A stretch of 60,252 bases of DNA, from IMG/VR virus record IMGVR_UViG_3300028895_000917, positions 1 to 60,252 of that record; one strand, 5' to 3'. Both the position numbers and the translations under genes were made by a program. The notes under the pieces were generated by a model. The model ran no database searches and had not been told where the DNA came from. It saw only the letters and a program-made list of their open reading frames with translations. This DNA comes from a virus (Duplodnaviria; Caudoviricetes). Positions 36,705 through 45,061 of this stretch are shown here, in pieces (the stretch's first letter is position 1; each line of letters begins with the position of its first letter).

Positions 36705-36976
36705 TGAACAATCCCGATCCGAAAAAAGTCGCCAAACAGTTTCTCGCTCAACGCGGGGAATCCTGGTCTGAGTTGTTCTTCGCCCCTTACCCTCGAGGAC
36801 TCACTCGCTACCTTCCAACCGAGCTTGACGTTGTATGGTGGCGTGCGGGTGAAATGTTCGAAGGTGACATCCACAAGTTCATTCCCGAAGGCAGCGACTT
36901 GGCCTTCGAAAAAGAGTCGGGCTACCAGGTGGGGCATAATCAGCGTGTCCGCGCAGATAAGGTGTACCTGCGATGA
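36701..36976 (+). CDS. hypothetical protein
   Basis: ATGA overlaps at both ends. Confidence 0.5.
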   Translation: MMNNPDPKKVAKQFLAQRGESWSELFFAPYPRGLTRYLPTELDVVWWRAGEMFEGDIHKFIPEGSDLAFEKESGYQVGHNQRVRADKVYLR

Positions 36977-39003
36977 GTGACGCCAAGCACAGACTCAAGG
37001 TTCTCAACAAGCACTGGAGCGACTTCGTTTCTCTCGAAGAGGCGAACGCGCAGCACATGGAGAACGTGGCGCGCCTTCAGGAGATGTTCGAGAAGCGCAA
37101 AAACAAGAAGCGCCCTATCCATGTCGTCGGGATTGCGGGCTCGAACCGTAGCAAGGGCAACTGCGCCCACGAGACGAGCAGCTCCTGGCTGATGATCCGC
37201 AAGGCGATGGAGTACCTGTCGCACCAAGACAACGTCACCACGCACGCCTTCAACCTCCCCGGCATGGAGATCGAGCACTGCAACGGGTGCTACTCGAGCA
37301 CGAGCTCCCTGTGTCGCTTCCCCTGCATCGCTGCTGGAGAGAGGGTGCAAGGCCCCTCCATGTCCCGCATCGAGGATGTCAAAGCTGGGGATCAAATCTC
37401 GACGGGGATCGTGACGAAGGCGTGGCAGTCGGGAATCAAGCCTACTTTCTGGGTAACCCTATCTGACGGACGACGCCTTCGTCTAACTGATAACCACCCG
37501 GTCAAAGTCATCACGGGAAAAATCAGGAACAAAGAGACGAGCTGGAAGTGGGTGAGGACTACTGACTGGGTTCAGGTCAAAGACCTCGAAATTGGCGCCA
37601 AAATTCCGTTTGTTCTCGGTGGGGGTTTTGGAGAAGGCATCGACCAAGCGCCTCACGATTTTCTGCTCGCTGGAGCAGTTTTCGGCGACGGAACGTTCTA
37701 CGGAAAAAAGAAGGAAGAGGCGTGTATCTACTACGACGAGCGTAGTGATGGGCTTGCTGCTGCGTTGAGGAAAGAAGTCCCGTACGAAGCCGTAGACCGG
37801 AAACACCTCGTGAACGCAGAAATTTGCGAACGCCACGGTTGGCCTTCTTCGGCCTGCGATCACATGCGCAAGTTGGCGTACCCTGCTCGCATCGGGCGCC
37901 TTCTGAGACATCGTATCGGACTAAACAAGGAAGGCCCTGCATCGTCTCGACGACTCCCAGACTCTGTGATGGCGGGCTCCCGCGAACAGGTGGTCGCTTT
38001 CCTGCGTGGGTGGTTTTCGGCAGATGGTTCCGTGAACCACAAAACCGGCAACGGTGAAAAATACGCGCGGGTATCTCTCAGTAGCTCCAGTGTACAGGCG
38101 CTGCGAGATGCTCAGATGCTTCTGTCCAAACTGGGCATCCGATCCTGTGTGTACGATCTCTCTCACCATGTCGTGGAGGAAGAGAACCGTACATACACTC
38201 GATCCAGCGAACTTCAGATCACGGACGCCGAACACATCCAGACGTTTGCGGAGGTTGTGGGGTTTGCTGAGGAAACCAAAACGGCAAAACTGGATGGCCT
38301 TCCTGAGCGTCGGAGTTGTTCGCGTCCATACGGGGAAGTTGTTTCCATCGAGGCTACTGGTGTCAGTGAACCCGTGTACGATCTTACGGTCGAGGACACT
38401 CACGAATTCGTGGCTGGAGGGGTCCCAGTTCACAACTGCGACTGCTGGCCCTACGACGACATGCAGGACATCTACGCTCAGCTCACGCTGGCTGATGTCA
38501 TCCTGTTCTCGACCCCGGTGAACCAGTTCTTGCCGGGCTCGAGGCTCAAGATGGTGCTTGACCGTCTCATCTCGATGGACGGCGGCCGGTTCGCTCCGAT
38601 GTACAACGTGGACGGCCAGACCTGGAAGAACTCGGAGTCCAAGAACGCTGAGCAACGTGTCGGGATGCGTGGGGACTTCAGGTACGTCCAGAGGCTCGCA
38701 GGGAAGGTCTGTGCGGTCTTCTCGACGTGCAAGGACTACGGCTCGTACAAGGTCGCCTACGACATCCTGGCTGGCATGAACGACTACGGGTGCTTCATCC
38801 CCCCGAACTCCGTGGTCAGCTTCCACAGCCCACGTGTGCAGCGAGACACGGCCTACGACAAGCATGACTTCCTGAAGGACCTCCAGACGGGCGGTTGGAT
38901 CGGTGACGCGATCGAGAAAACCTGCGAGAGGTGCCTTGAAACGGCAAAACTCGTTCGTGACAACGAATCGCTCTGGATGGATGAGATGACAGGGCGCGCC
39001 TAG
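36973..39003 (+). CDS. flavodoxin/NADPH-dependent FMN reductase family protein containing an intein
   Basis: VVGIAGSNR, CNGC...C..P|CDCWPYDDM, ADVILFSTPV, LKMVLDRL, LAGKV. Confidence 0.85.
   Translation: MSDAKHRLKVLNKHWSDFVSLEEANAQHMENVARLQEMFEKRKNKKRPIHVVGIAGSNRSKGNCAHETSSSWLMIRKAMEYLSHQDNVTTHAFNLPGMEIEHCNGCYSSTSSLCRFPCIAAGERVQGPSMSRIEDVKAGDQISTGIVTKAWQSGIKPTFWVTLSDGRRLRLTDNHPVKVITGKIRNKETSWKWVRTTDWVQVKDLEIGAKIPFVLGGGFGEGIDQAPHDFLLAGAVFGDGTFYGKKKEEACIYYDERSDGLAAALRKEVPYEAVDRKHLVNAEICERHGWPSSACDHMRKLAYPARIGRLLRHRIGLNKEGPASSRRLPDSVMAGSREQVVAFLRGWFSADGSVNHKTGNGEKYARVSLSSSSVQALRDAQMLLSKLGIRSCVYDLSHHVVEEENRTYTRSSELQITDAEHIQTFAEVVGFAEETKTAKLDGLPERRSCSRPYGEVVSIEATGVSEPVYDLTVEDTHEFVAGGVPVHNCDCWPYDDMQDIYAQLTLADVILFSTPVNQFLPGSRLKMVLDRLISMDGGRFAPMYNVDGQTWKNSESKNAEQRVGMRGDFRYVQRLAGKVCAVFSTCKDYGSYKVAYDILAGMNDYGCFIPPNSVVSFHSPRVQRDTAYDKHDFLKDLQTGGWIGDAIEKTCERCLETAKLVRDNESLWMDEMTGRA
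37324..38436 (+). mobile_element. intein with LAGLIDADG homing endonuclease (371 aa)
   Basis: N-terminal CIAAG, LTDNHP block B, LAGAVFGDG and FLRGWFSADG, VYDLTV...VHN followed by extein Cys. Confidence 0.92.
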
Positions 39004-39081
39004 CCGATCTGATCCACAAGTCTGGGGTCAGCTTCGCCAGCTAGGAGCCAGCCCCTTGGATCATGATCCAAGGCTCTGAGA

Positions 39082-39558
39082 TCAAGGTAGATCGGCCGGC
39101 TCAGCGTTTTCGTAGAGCCACAGGAGCTCGAAGGCTTCCTCGCTCAGTTCTTCATCGAGCTCTTGTCCGATACGGAGGACAAGAGACTGGCCGACATGGC
39201 CTTGGCAGTAGCAGACGAAGCCCACGTCTCCGTCGCCGTACTCGAAGTGATCGAAGCCAGCATGGCCCGCGTGCTGCCAGATGAAAGACAAGAGGTCCGT
39301 CTCCTTCTGGCAATCGATCACGATGGGTCGCAGTTCTCGTTCATACAGATTCCACCGAACTGATAGAGCACGCTTGCGTTCGATGCCGTCAGAGCTCACC
39401 CACGTGTTGACGCAGTAGTAGCCCCACTGTCCAGCGAGAGGCACCTTCTCGGGATAGACATCCCATCCCTTCTGCCGAAGTGCTTCGGCAGCCATCTCGG
39501 CCTCTTCCCGCGAGCGTTTCAATTCGGCGGTATGGTCGTCGTAGTCGTGCTCGGCCAT
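39082..39558 (-). CDS. hypothetical protein
   Basis: 158-aa ORF. Confidence 0.55.
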   Translation of the reverse strand: MAEHDYDDHTAELKRSREEAEMAAEALRQKGWDVYPEKVPLAGQWGYYCVNTWVSSDGIERKRALSVRWNLYERELRPIVIDCQKETDLLSFIWQHAGHAGFDHFEYGDGDVGFVCYCQGHVGQSLVLRIGQELDEELSEEAFELLWLYENAEPADLP

Positions 39559-39604
39559 CCCACTAATTGCGCGGCTATAAGCGCGCTGGCGCCGCTAACG
39601 AAGG

Positions 39605-39865
39605 TCAGTAGTCCTCCCACATTCGTTCGCGTTGGTCGTCCCAAATTTCTGCGGAACGAGGGCACGGCCCTTCCTTGATCGCGATGACGCAGTCGGGATG
39701 ATCGCGCCACACAAGGAGCGCTTCTTGTTGCGCTTCCTTGTGCGAGCCCTGAGCGCAGCACCAGCCGGGGCTGCTCTTGGGGTGGCGAGGTGAGCAGCAA
39801 GACGGCACGCCGTCGAGCTCGAGGTAGTAGGTCTTGGTGGGGATGAACGGGCGAGGTTGAGACAT
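39605..39865 (-). CDS. small Cys-rich hypothetical protein
   Basis: 86-aa ORF. Confidence 0.45.
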   Translation of the reverse strand: MSQPRPFIPTKTYYLELDGVPSCCSPRHPKSSPGWCCAQGSHKEAQQEALLVWRDHPDCVIAIKEGPCPRSAEIWDDQRERMWEDY

Positions 39866-40027
39866 GCTTGGGGATCACTGCCATCCCCGTGCCGCGTCTT
39901 CTCTTCGTGAAAAAGTTCAAGGATTTCGCCAACGGTCTCTTTTGTGGGATTCAGGCTCTGGCGAAGTTTCGCCACAACAAACGATGTGCCGGGGGTAAAA
40001 ACTCTTCTGGTGCGTCGAACGCGCTTG

Positions 40028-40053
40028 TGTAAAAGAAGCGAACGCTTCGTGAA
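40028..40053 (+). promoter_or_regulatory. TGTAAA-class putative promoter
   Basis: TGTAAAA-N13-CGTGAA. Confidence 0.55.
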
Positions 40054-40086
40054 AAGATCGATGTTCGACGACCAAGGGAGTTTTTG

Positions 40087-40818
40087 ATGGGAGGTTCAAT
40101 CGCAGTGACTGCACGACGAGCCAACGGCGAAGTCATCCGCATGTGCCGGTGGACCAACCCGTTGCCGTTCTTCATTCAAGACGCTCGTTGGATCGACGCC
40201 GACGAGACGCACCTCGACGAGTACCTCGAGCAGTGGAACTCCATGCGCGCGGACTACGAGAAGAACGAGCCCGGCAACTACGAGTTCAACATGACAGACG
40301 TGTACGCACCGTATCCGTTCCTGGCGCCGCACGGCTACGGTTTGGTCGTCATCGACTACCAGACGCATACGTTGCTCACGATGCAGGGCTACTCATCGCT
40401 CATCGAGGTGTTCCCGGACACCTTCCGGAACGTGAACCCGGGGCCTCTACCGGAAGACGTGTCGCCGCTCATTTCGATGCTTGCCATGTCGCAGGAGGAA
40501 CAAGCACAGGAGAACGCGCGTGTCATGGGGCTCTTCAAACGCAAGTGCCTGTACGTCATGCCTCGCGGGGCGGACAACCTGGACGCTGCGACCTTGGTAC
40601 CGGATCTTGAGACGGCGCAGTCTCTGGTGTCCGATAAGGAGGCGTGGTGGAACTACCGTTTTTTCATCAAGCCTGACCCGTGGAAGGTTCGACGGTTCCC
40701 CGAGACCCCAGACGGCGCCGACGAGTTTCACGACAACCTCATCGATCTCGGTTTCCAGTTCACGTCCCAGGAGAACGACCTGTGGGGTGAATTCCGGAAC
40801 CAGTGGGAGGATGCGTAG
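40087..40818 (+). CDS. hypothetical protein
   Basis: RBS GGGAG; typical codon usage. Confidence 0.7.
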   Translation: MGGSIAVTARRANGEVIRMCRWTNPLPFFIQDARWIDADETHLDEYLEQWNSMRADYEKNEPGNYEFNMTDVYAPYPFLAPHGYGLVVIDYQTHTLLTMQGYSSLIEVFPDTFRNVNPGPLPEDVSPLISMLAMSQEEQAQENARVMGLFKRKCLYVMPRGADNLDAATLVPDLETAQSLVSDKEAWWNYRFFIKPDPWKVRRFPETPDGADEFHDNLIDLGFQFTSQENDLWGEFRNQWEDA

Positions 40819-40826
40819 CTTCGCGC

Positions 40827-40852
40827 TGTAAATTCTTCCCGAGGTCCGTGCA
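40827..40852 (+). promoter_or_regulatory. TGTAAA-class putative promoter
   Basis: TGTAAAT-N13-CGTGCA. Confidence 0.6.
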
Positions 40853-40862
40853 CAGGTAGACG

Positions 40863-41699
40863 ATGAACACACTCCTACTCAGTCTCATTCTCGCTTTCGG
40901 CGCCGGTCAGCCGGTAGACCAGCAAGACGAGGCACGGACCTTGTTCCGCGAGGGCACCGTCAAGTACGAGAGCGCTGACTACAACGGCGCCATCGAGAGC
41001 TTCACGGAAGCCCTGGCGCTCGTGACCGACGATCACGTCCGCCTCTCCCTCCTGTTCAACATCGCCAAGGCCCACGAGAAGGCATTCAAGATTGACCGCG
41101 ACGTGACGCACCTCCGGCAGGCTCTGACGCTGTACCGCCGGTACCTGGAGTTCGCACAGAGCACGGGGGACCTGGGCGAGGAGCTCGATGTGGCAACCAA
41201 CATCGCACGGCTCGAAAAGCAGATCCGCATCCACAACCAGGTCGAGGATAACCGCGCTCGAGCCGAGGGGCCCCAGGTGCCGCCGCCTCCTCCTCCTCCT
41301 CCGCCCATCGACGGCAGCACCAACTGGAAGAAGGCTCGCAACACGGGAGTTGGACTCGTGGTCAGTGGTGGTGCGGCGACCATCGGGGGTGTCGTTCTTT
41401 TGACTCTGGGGAGCACCTTCGAGGGCAGCGCTCAGGACCAAGTCAACAGCCTCGCAGATGAGGGCGTGCCGCCAGACCACCCCGCTTGGGAGGAGGGTGA
41501 GGACTTCATCGCCAGTGAGCGTCGTCGAGGCGCTATCTTCATGGGCGTAGGAGGCTCTGTCGCTGTCGTGGGCGCCGTAGGCGTCGGGGTGGGCTCGTAC
41601 TACCTCGTCAAGTCCAAGCGCCTTCGTGAGGGCTCTGTGAGCGCCACACCAACCTTCGCCCCTGGCTTTGCCGGGGTTCAGATCTCGGGGAAGTTCTGA
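40863..41699 (+). CDS. myxobacterial-type secreted TPR protein with poly-Pro linker and membrane hairpins
   Basis: Signal peptide, TPR helices (A..LF.EG...Y...DY..AI..F..A; LLFNIA.A), P8 run, two Gly-rich TM segments, terminal GVQISGKF. Confidence 0.8.
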   Translation: MNTLLLSLILAFGAGQPVDQQDEARTLFREGTVKYESADYNGAIESFTEALALVTDDHVRLSLLFNIAKAHEKAFKIDRDVTHLRQALTLYRRYLEFAQSTGDLGEELDVATNIARLEKQIRIHNQVEDNRARAEGPQVPPPPPPPPPIDGSTNWKKARNTGVGLVVSGGAATIGGVVLLTLGSTFEGSAQDQVNSLADEGVPPDHPAWEEGEDFIASERRRGAIFMGVGGSVAVVGAVGVGVGSYYLVKSKRLREGSVSATPTFAPGFAGVQISGKF

Positions 41700-41852
41700 T
41701 GTACCACGCCAACGGACACACCTACCGCAACAGCTTGGCAAGGTGCCGGTTCCTCTCGAAGAAGTGGCTCGAGTCGAACAGACGGCTCTGGGCCACAGCG
41801 ACTATGGCACCAAGTACGCCCTGTACTGCACCGAACTTGTGGAGAACACGCC

Positions 41853-42299
41853 ATGAAGCCCATCGATCTCAAAGTCGGCCACCTGTATCGCCTCACCGAG
41901 GACGTGAAGAACCCCGTCACCGACGGACGCTCGGCCAACAAGCTGCTCAAGCGTCAGATCTTTTCAAAGGGCACGCACTTCGTTTGCCTCAACCACGACG
42001 AGTACAAGAACATCATCCAACTTGCGTACGGCGAGTATCGGGGTGACAAGTTCGTCGTTGGAGTTCGCCGTGAAGGTGAGATGACGGAACCTCGGAGTGC
42101 CCGTGATCAAGCGTGGACGAAGGCCATCGTGCCTCACCTGGAAGAAGTGGAGATCGACTCGTGGCGCCGTATCCGTCTTGCTTTCGGGTGGAGCTCCACG
42201 GGTTCGGCTCTCGAGGAGCTCTGGAAAGACGGCACGATCTCCACAGAACGCCTTCTCGAACTGATGCGCAAGCACACCATCGGAGCCTCGACCGAGTGA
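41853..42299 (+). CDS. hypothetical protein
   Basis: RBS GGAG. Confidence 0.6.
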   Translation: MKPIDLKVGHLYRLTEDVKNPVTDGRSANKLLKRQIFSKGTHFVCLNHDEYKNIIQLAYGEYRGDKFVVGVRREGEMTEPRSARDQAWTKAIVPHLEEVEIDSWRRIRLAFGWSSTGSALEELWKDGTISTERLLELMRKHTIGASTE

Positions 42300-42571
42300 C
42301 CAGCGACTACATCGAGTGGGCCCAAACATGGTGCCCGCTCCCCGTTGCATCGGAGCCCGTGCCTCTGACGGAGGCCATGAAGATCTACGACGCCGTAGAC
42401 CTTCGCCTCGGTGATGATGCTGAAGGGGATGACTTTCTCACTCGAGTCTTGTGGCTCGAAACGGCCATCCGGCTCGCCAAAGTCGGGTGGACGATCTCCG
42501 AACTCGAGGCTGCCCGATGGCCTGTCTCGAACATCGCAGCGATGACCGCTGCCCTCATGGAACCGAACTGA
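42296..42571 (+). CDS. hypothetical protein
   Basis: GTGA overlap. Confidence 0.55.
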   Translation: MTSDYIEWAQTWCPLPVASEPVPLTEAMKIYDAVDLRLGDDAEGDDFLTRVLWLETAIRLAKVGWTISELEAARWPVSNIAAMTAALMEPN

Positions 42572-42583
42572 AAGCGAACAACG

Positions 42584-43963
42584 ATGCGATACTTCCCCTC
42601 CGAAGACGAGTACGACAAGGAACTCAAGGACTACGCAGCCGAACCTTGGATGGTCGAGCAGCTCAAGCGCAACTGGGATTACGTTGCCTGGGGCCCCCAC
42701 GAGGACTACCAGTGGATCAGTGACCTCAGCAATCCCAACAGCCCGCGCAAGTTTCCGACGTGGGCATCGTTTCGGAAGGGGTTCACGCCCGGCAAGCACC
42801 CCGAGGTGCCTCAAGACCGTTCGGGCGGTGAGATCGTCGGGTGGTACTTCAACGTCGCTCGAGAGCGCCGCGAGTGCACCAAGTGCGAGGGCTCCGGCCT
42901 GAACGCAGAAAGCCGGCGCATCCACGATGACTGGTACGACTTCAACCGAACAGGGCGCCGGTGGTGCAACAACATCACGCAAGATGAGGTGGACGCCCTC
43001 ATCGAGGCGGGGCGGCTCAATAGCAGCATGACCGTCTACACGCGACAGGGACTCGACAGACTTGTGGAGGATGGTCGCATCACGGCCGAGCGTGCCGAAG
43101 AGCTCTGGGAAGGTCGAGACAAGTCCAAGGACCAGGAGTTCGACAACGATGACGGCGTGACGAAGCGTTTGCGCGTCTACATCCCGTGGCGCGATACGGT
43201 GCCTGTCGAAGAATTCAACAGGGGCCACAACCACGATGCCATCAACCGGTGGATCTGCGTCGAGACTCGGTGCAAGCGGCTCGGAGTATGGGGCACCTGT
43301 GATGCCTGTGAAGGCCATGGGTACGTGCCTGTGGATCTCAAGGGGCGTCTCCAGCTCGTCCTGTGGGTCGTCAACCCGATGACGGGTCAGAACTACGGGC
43401 TCGAGATCGACAACATCGAGCAGGACGAGCTCGAGGACGTGTACGACTTCCTCGGTGGGATGCAGAGGCGTCTGGTGTCGCGACTCGACATGCCCGAAGC
43501 AACGACCTCCAAGGGCCTCAAAAGCTTCGGTAGCGGGGAGTCCATGATGTGGACACAGGCCGGCTCGGCATTGGAAGTGTCGGACGCGGGGTGGCGCAGC
43601 GAGATCATCATCAGTTCGTGGGAAGACTTCTGCTGGCCTACGCACTACAAGTTCGGGAATCACGATGACGGTGATCGTGTGCCGAAAGACCACCCCAAGT
43701 TCGCGGAGCTCTACACAGGCAAGCCAGACCTCGAGCTCAACGACCTCAACGAGCTCATCGGTGTCCGCTTCGGGTATGACCCGCACGGGACGAGTATCGA
43801 GCGCCTGCACCTCTGGCTGGCGCTTCCTCGCAAGGGGTGCAGTCGTCGCATCACCATCAACAAGGTCACCGAGGACGACCTTCCTGGGATCCGTGAGTGG
43901 GTTCTGACGGGGCGGGAACGGGCTCGAGCTCGTCTCGATCCCTCGATGAGGGAGGTTGATTGA
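42584..43963 (+). CDS. protein with split DnaJ-type Zn finger and internal domain duplication
   Basis: CTKCEGSG and CDACEGHG. Confidence 0.65.
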   Translation: MRYFPSEDEYDKELKDYAAEPWMVEQLKRNWDYVAWGPHEDYQWISDLSNPNSPRKFPTWASFRKGFTPGKHPEVPQDRSGGEIVGWYFNVARERRECTKCEGSGLNAESRRIHDDWYDFNRTGRRWCNNITQDEVDALIEAGRLNSSMTVYTRQGLDRLVEDGRITAERAEELWEGRDKSKDQEFDNDDGVTKRLRVYIPWRDTVPVEEFNRGHNHDAINRWICVETRCKRLGVWGTCDACEGHGYVPVDLKGRLQLVLWVVNPMTGQNYGLEIDNIEQDELEDVYDFLGGMQRRLVSRLDMPEATTSKGLKSFGSGESMMWTQAGSALEVSDAGWRSEIIISSWEDFCWPTHYKFGNHDDGDRVPKDHPKFAELYTGKPDLELNDLNELIGVRFGYDPHGTSIERLHLWLALPRKGCSRRITINKVTEDDLPGIREWVLTGRERARARLDPSMREVD

Positions 43964-44298
43964 TGTTGCAAGACGAAGCTGCCCTCAACTTCATCAAGGC
44001 GGCCACTGAACAGGAAGACGCCGTGTTCAAACGGTGCCTCAAGATGTTCCGGGCGGTGCCTCCCCCGCACAAGGATGACCGGATCGTGGACTCCGGGATC
44101 ACCATGATGCAGGTAGCCTTCACGATGCTGCTTCAGCAGGAGAAGAAGATGAAGCAAGCCGGCGGATGGCCAGAATCCCTCCGAGAGCACGAATCGGCGC
44201 GTACACGCAAGATGCGGAGGGCGCTCCGAACCCACACGGAAGACTATTTCGACGCCTGGTACACGCGAGCGAAACGGCTGAGTCCCGAGTTGGCGTAG
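43963..44298 (+). CDS. hypothetical protein
   Basis: RBS GGAGG. Confidence 0.6.
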   Translation: MLQDEAALNFIKAATEQEDAVFKRCLKMFRAVPPPHKDDRIVDSGITMMQVAFTMLLQQEKKMKQAGGWPESLREHESARTRKMRRALRTHTEDYFDAWYTRAKRLSPELA

Positions 44299-44320
44299 AA
44301 CAGTCGGAGGCTCACGTCAC

Positions 44321-44620
44321 GTGAAGTACTACATCATCCCTGCCAAGGATGTCCAAGCCGGCGACGTGATTTTCACGAACAACGGCGACGGCAAGGACAT
44401 CCAGTTCTGTGGCCGAGTCATCGGCCAGACCGTCCCGAGTTCTCACCCCATGATCACCGAGTGGCGTGTCGAGGTCATGGTTGGGGACGAGTCCGAGGCG
44501 CCCGGGACCCATACGACCATCGGGTTCCGGCACAGCACGCTGGTCGGTGTTGCTCGAGAGGATGCTTTCGTCGAGACCGACATCGCAGCCATCCTGGCTG
44601 ATCTCGACAAAGAGGGCTAA
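44321..44620 (+). CDS. hypothetical protein
   Basis: RBS GGAGG, GTG start. Confidence 0.6.
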   Translation: MKYYIIPAKDVQAGDVIFTNNGDGKDIQFCGRVIGQTVPSSHPMITEWRVEVMVGDESEAPGTHTTIGFRHSTLVGVAREDAFVETDIAAILADLDKEG

Positions 44621-44633
44621 GTGAAGCCGTTTT

Positions 44634-45011
44634 CTATTTCGCAGTAAGTGGTGTTTTTTCGCTGGTGTCATTCTGAGCTTTGAGGGTCTCGGTGAGATCA
44701 CCGATCTGACCGTCGATACCCTCAATCTGCTGCTCGATTTTCTCGATCTTCTCCGCGTTGTCGCGTGCGGTGAGTAGGTCCTTCACCGTTCCTTGAAGTC
44801 GTTCGATGCGGCGTTCCTGATTCTCGACTCGAGCTGTGAGGGATCGATGAAGCGAGTACAGGAAAATGTCGCCGATGAGCAGAATCCCGACACAGACGGC
44901 GAACATCATCCGGAACCAGGACTTCCAACGCTCCCCGTTCGGGCCCGAAAAGGGCCCTGTGGCGTTTTGGTCCTGCGTCGCTTCTTCCTGGGGCGCCTCG
45001 AGCTCGGACAT
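44634..45011 (-). CDS. single-TM coiled-coil protein
   Basis: TM segment then heptad-like helix. Confidence 0.6.
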   Translation of the reverse strand: MSELEAPQEEATQDQNATGPFSGPNGERWKSWFRMMFAVCVGILLIGDIFLYSLHRSLTARVENQERRIERLQGTVKDLLTARDNAEKIEKIEQQIEGIDGQIGDLTETLKAQNDTSEKTPLTAK

Positions 45012-45029
45012 GTTGCCAAGGGTTTAGCA

Positions 45030-45061
45030 TAGTCTGGCTATCGAACGTCCCTCTACAGATG
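45030..45061 (+). promoter_or_regulatory. CTAT-class putative late promoter, leaderless
   Basis: TAGT-ctgg-CTAT-N14-CAG directly followed by ATG. Confidence 0.6.
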
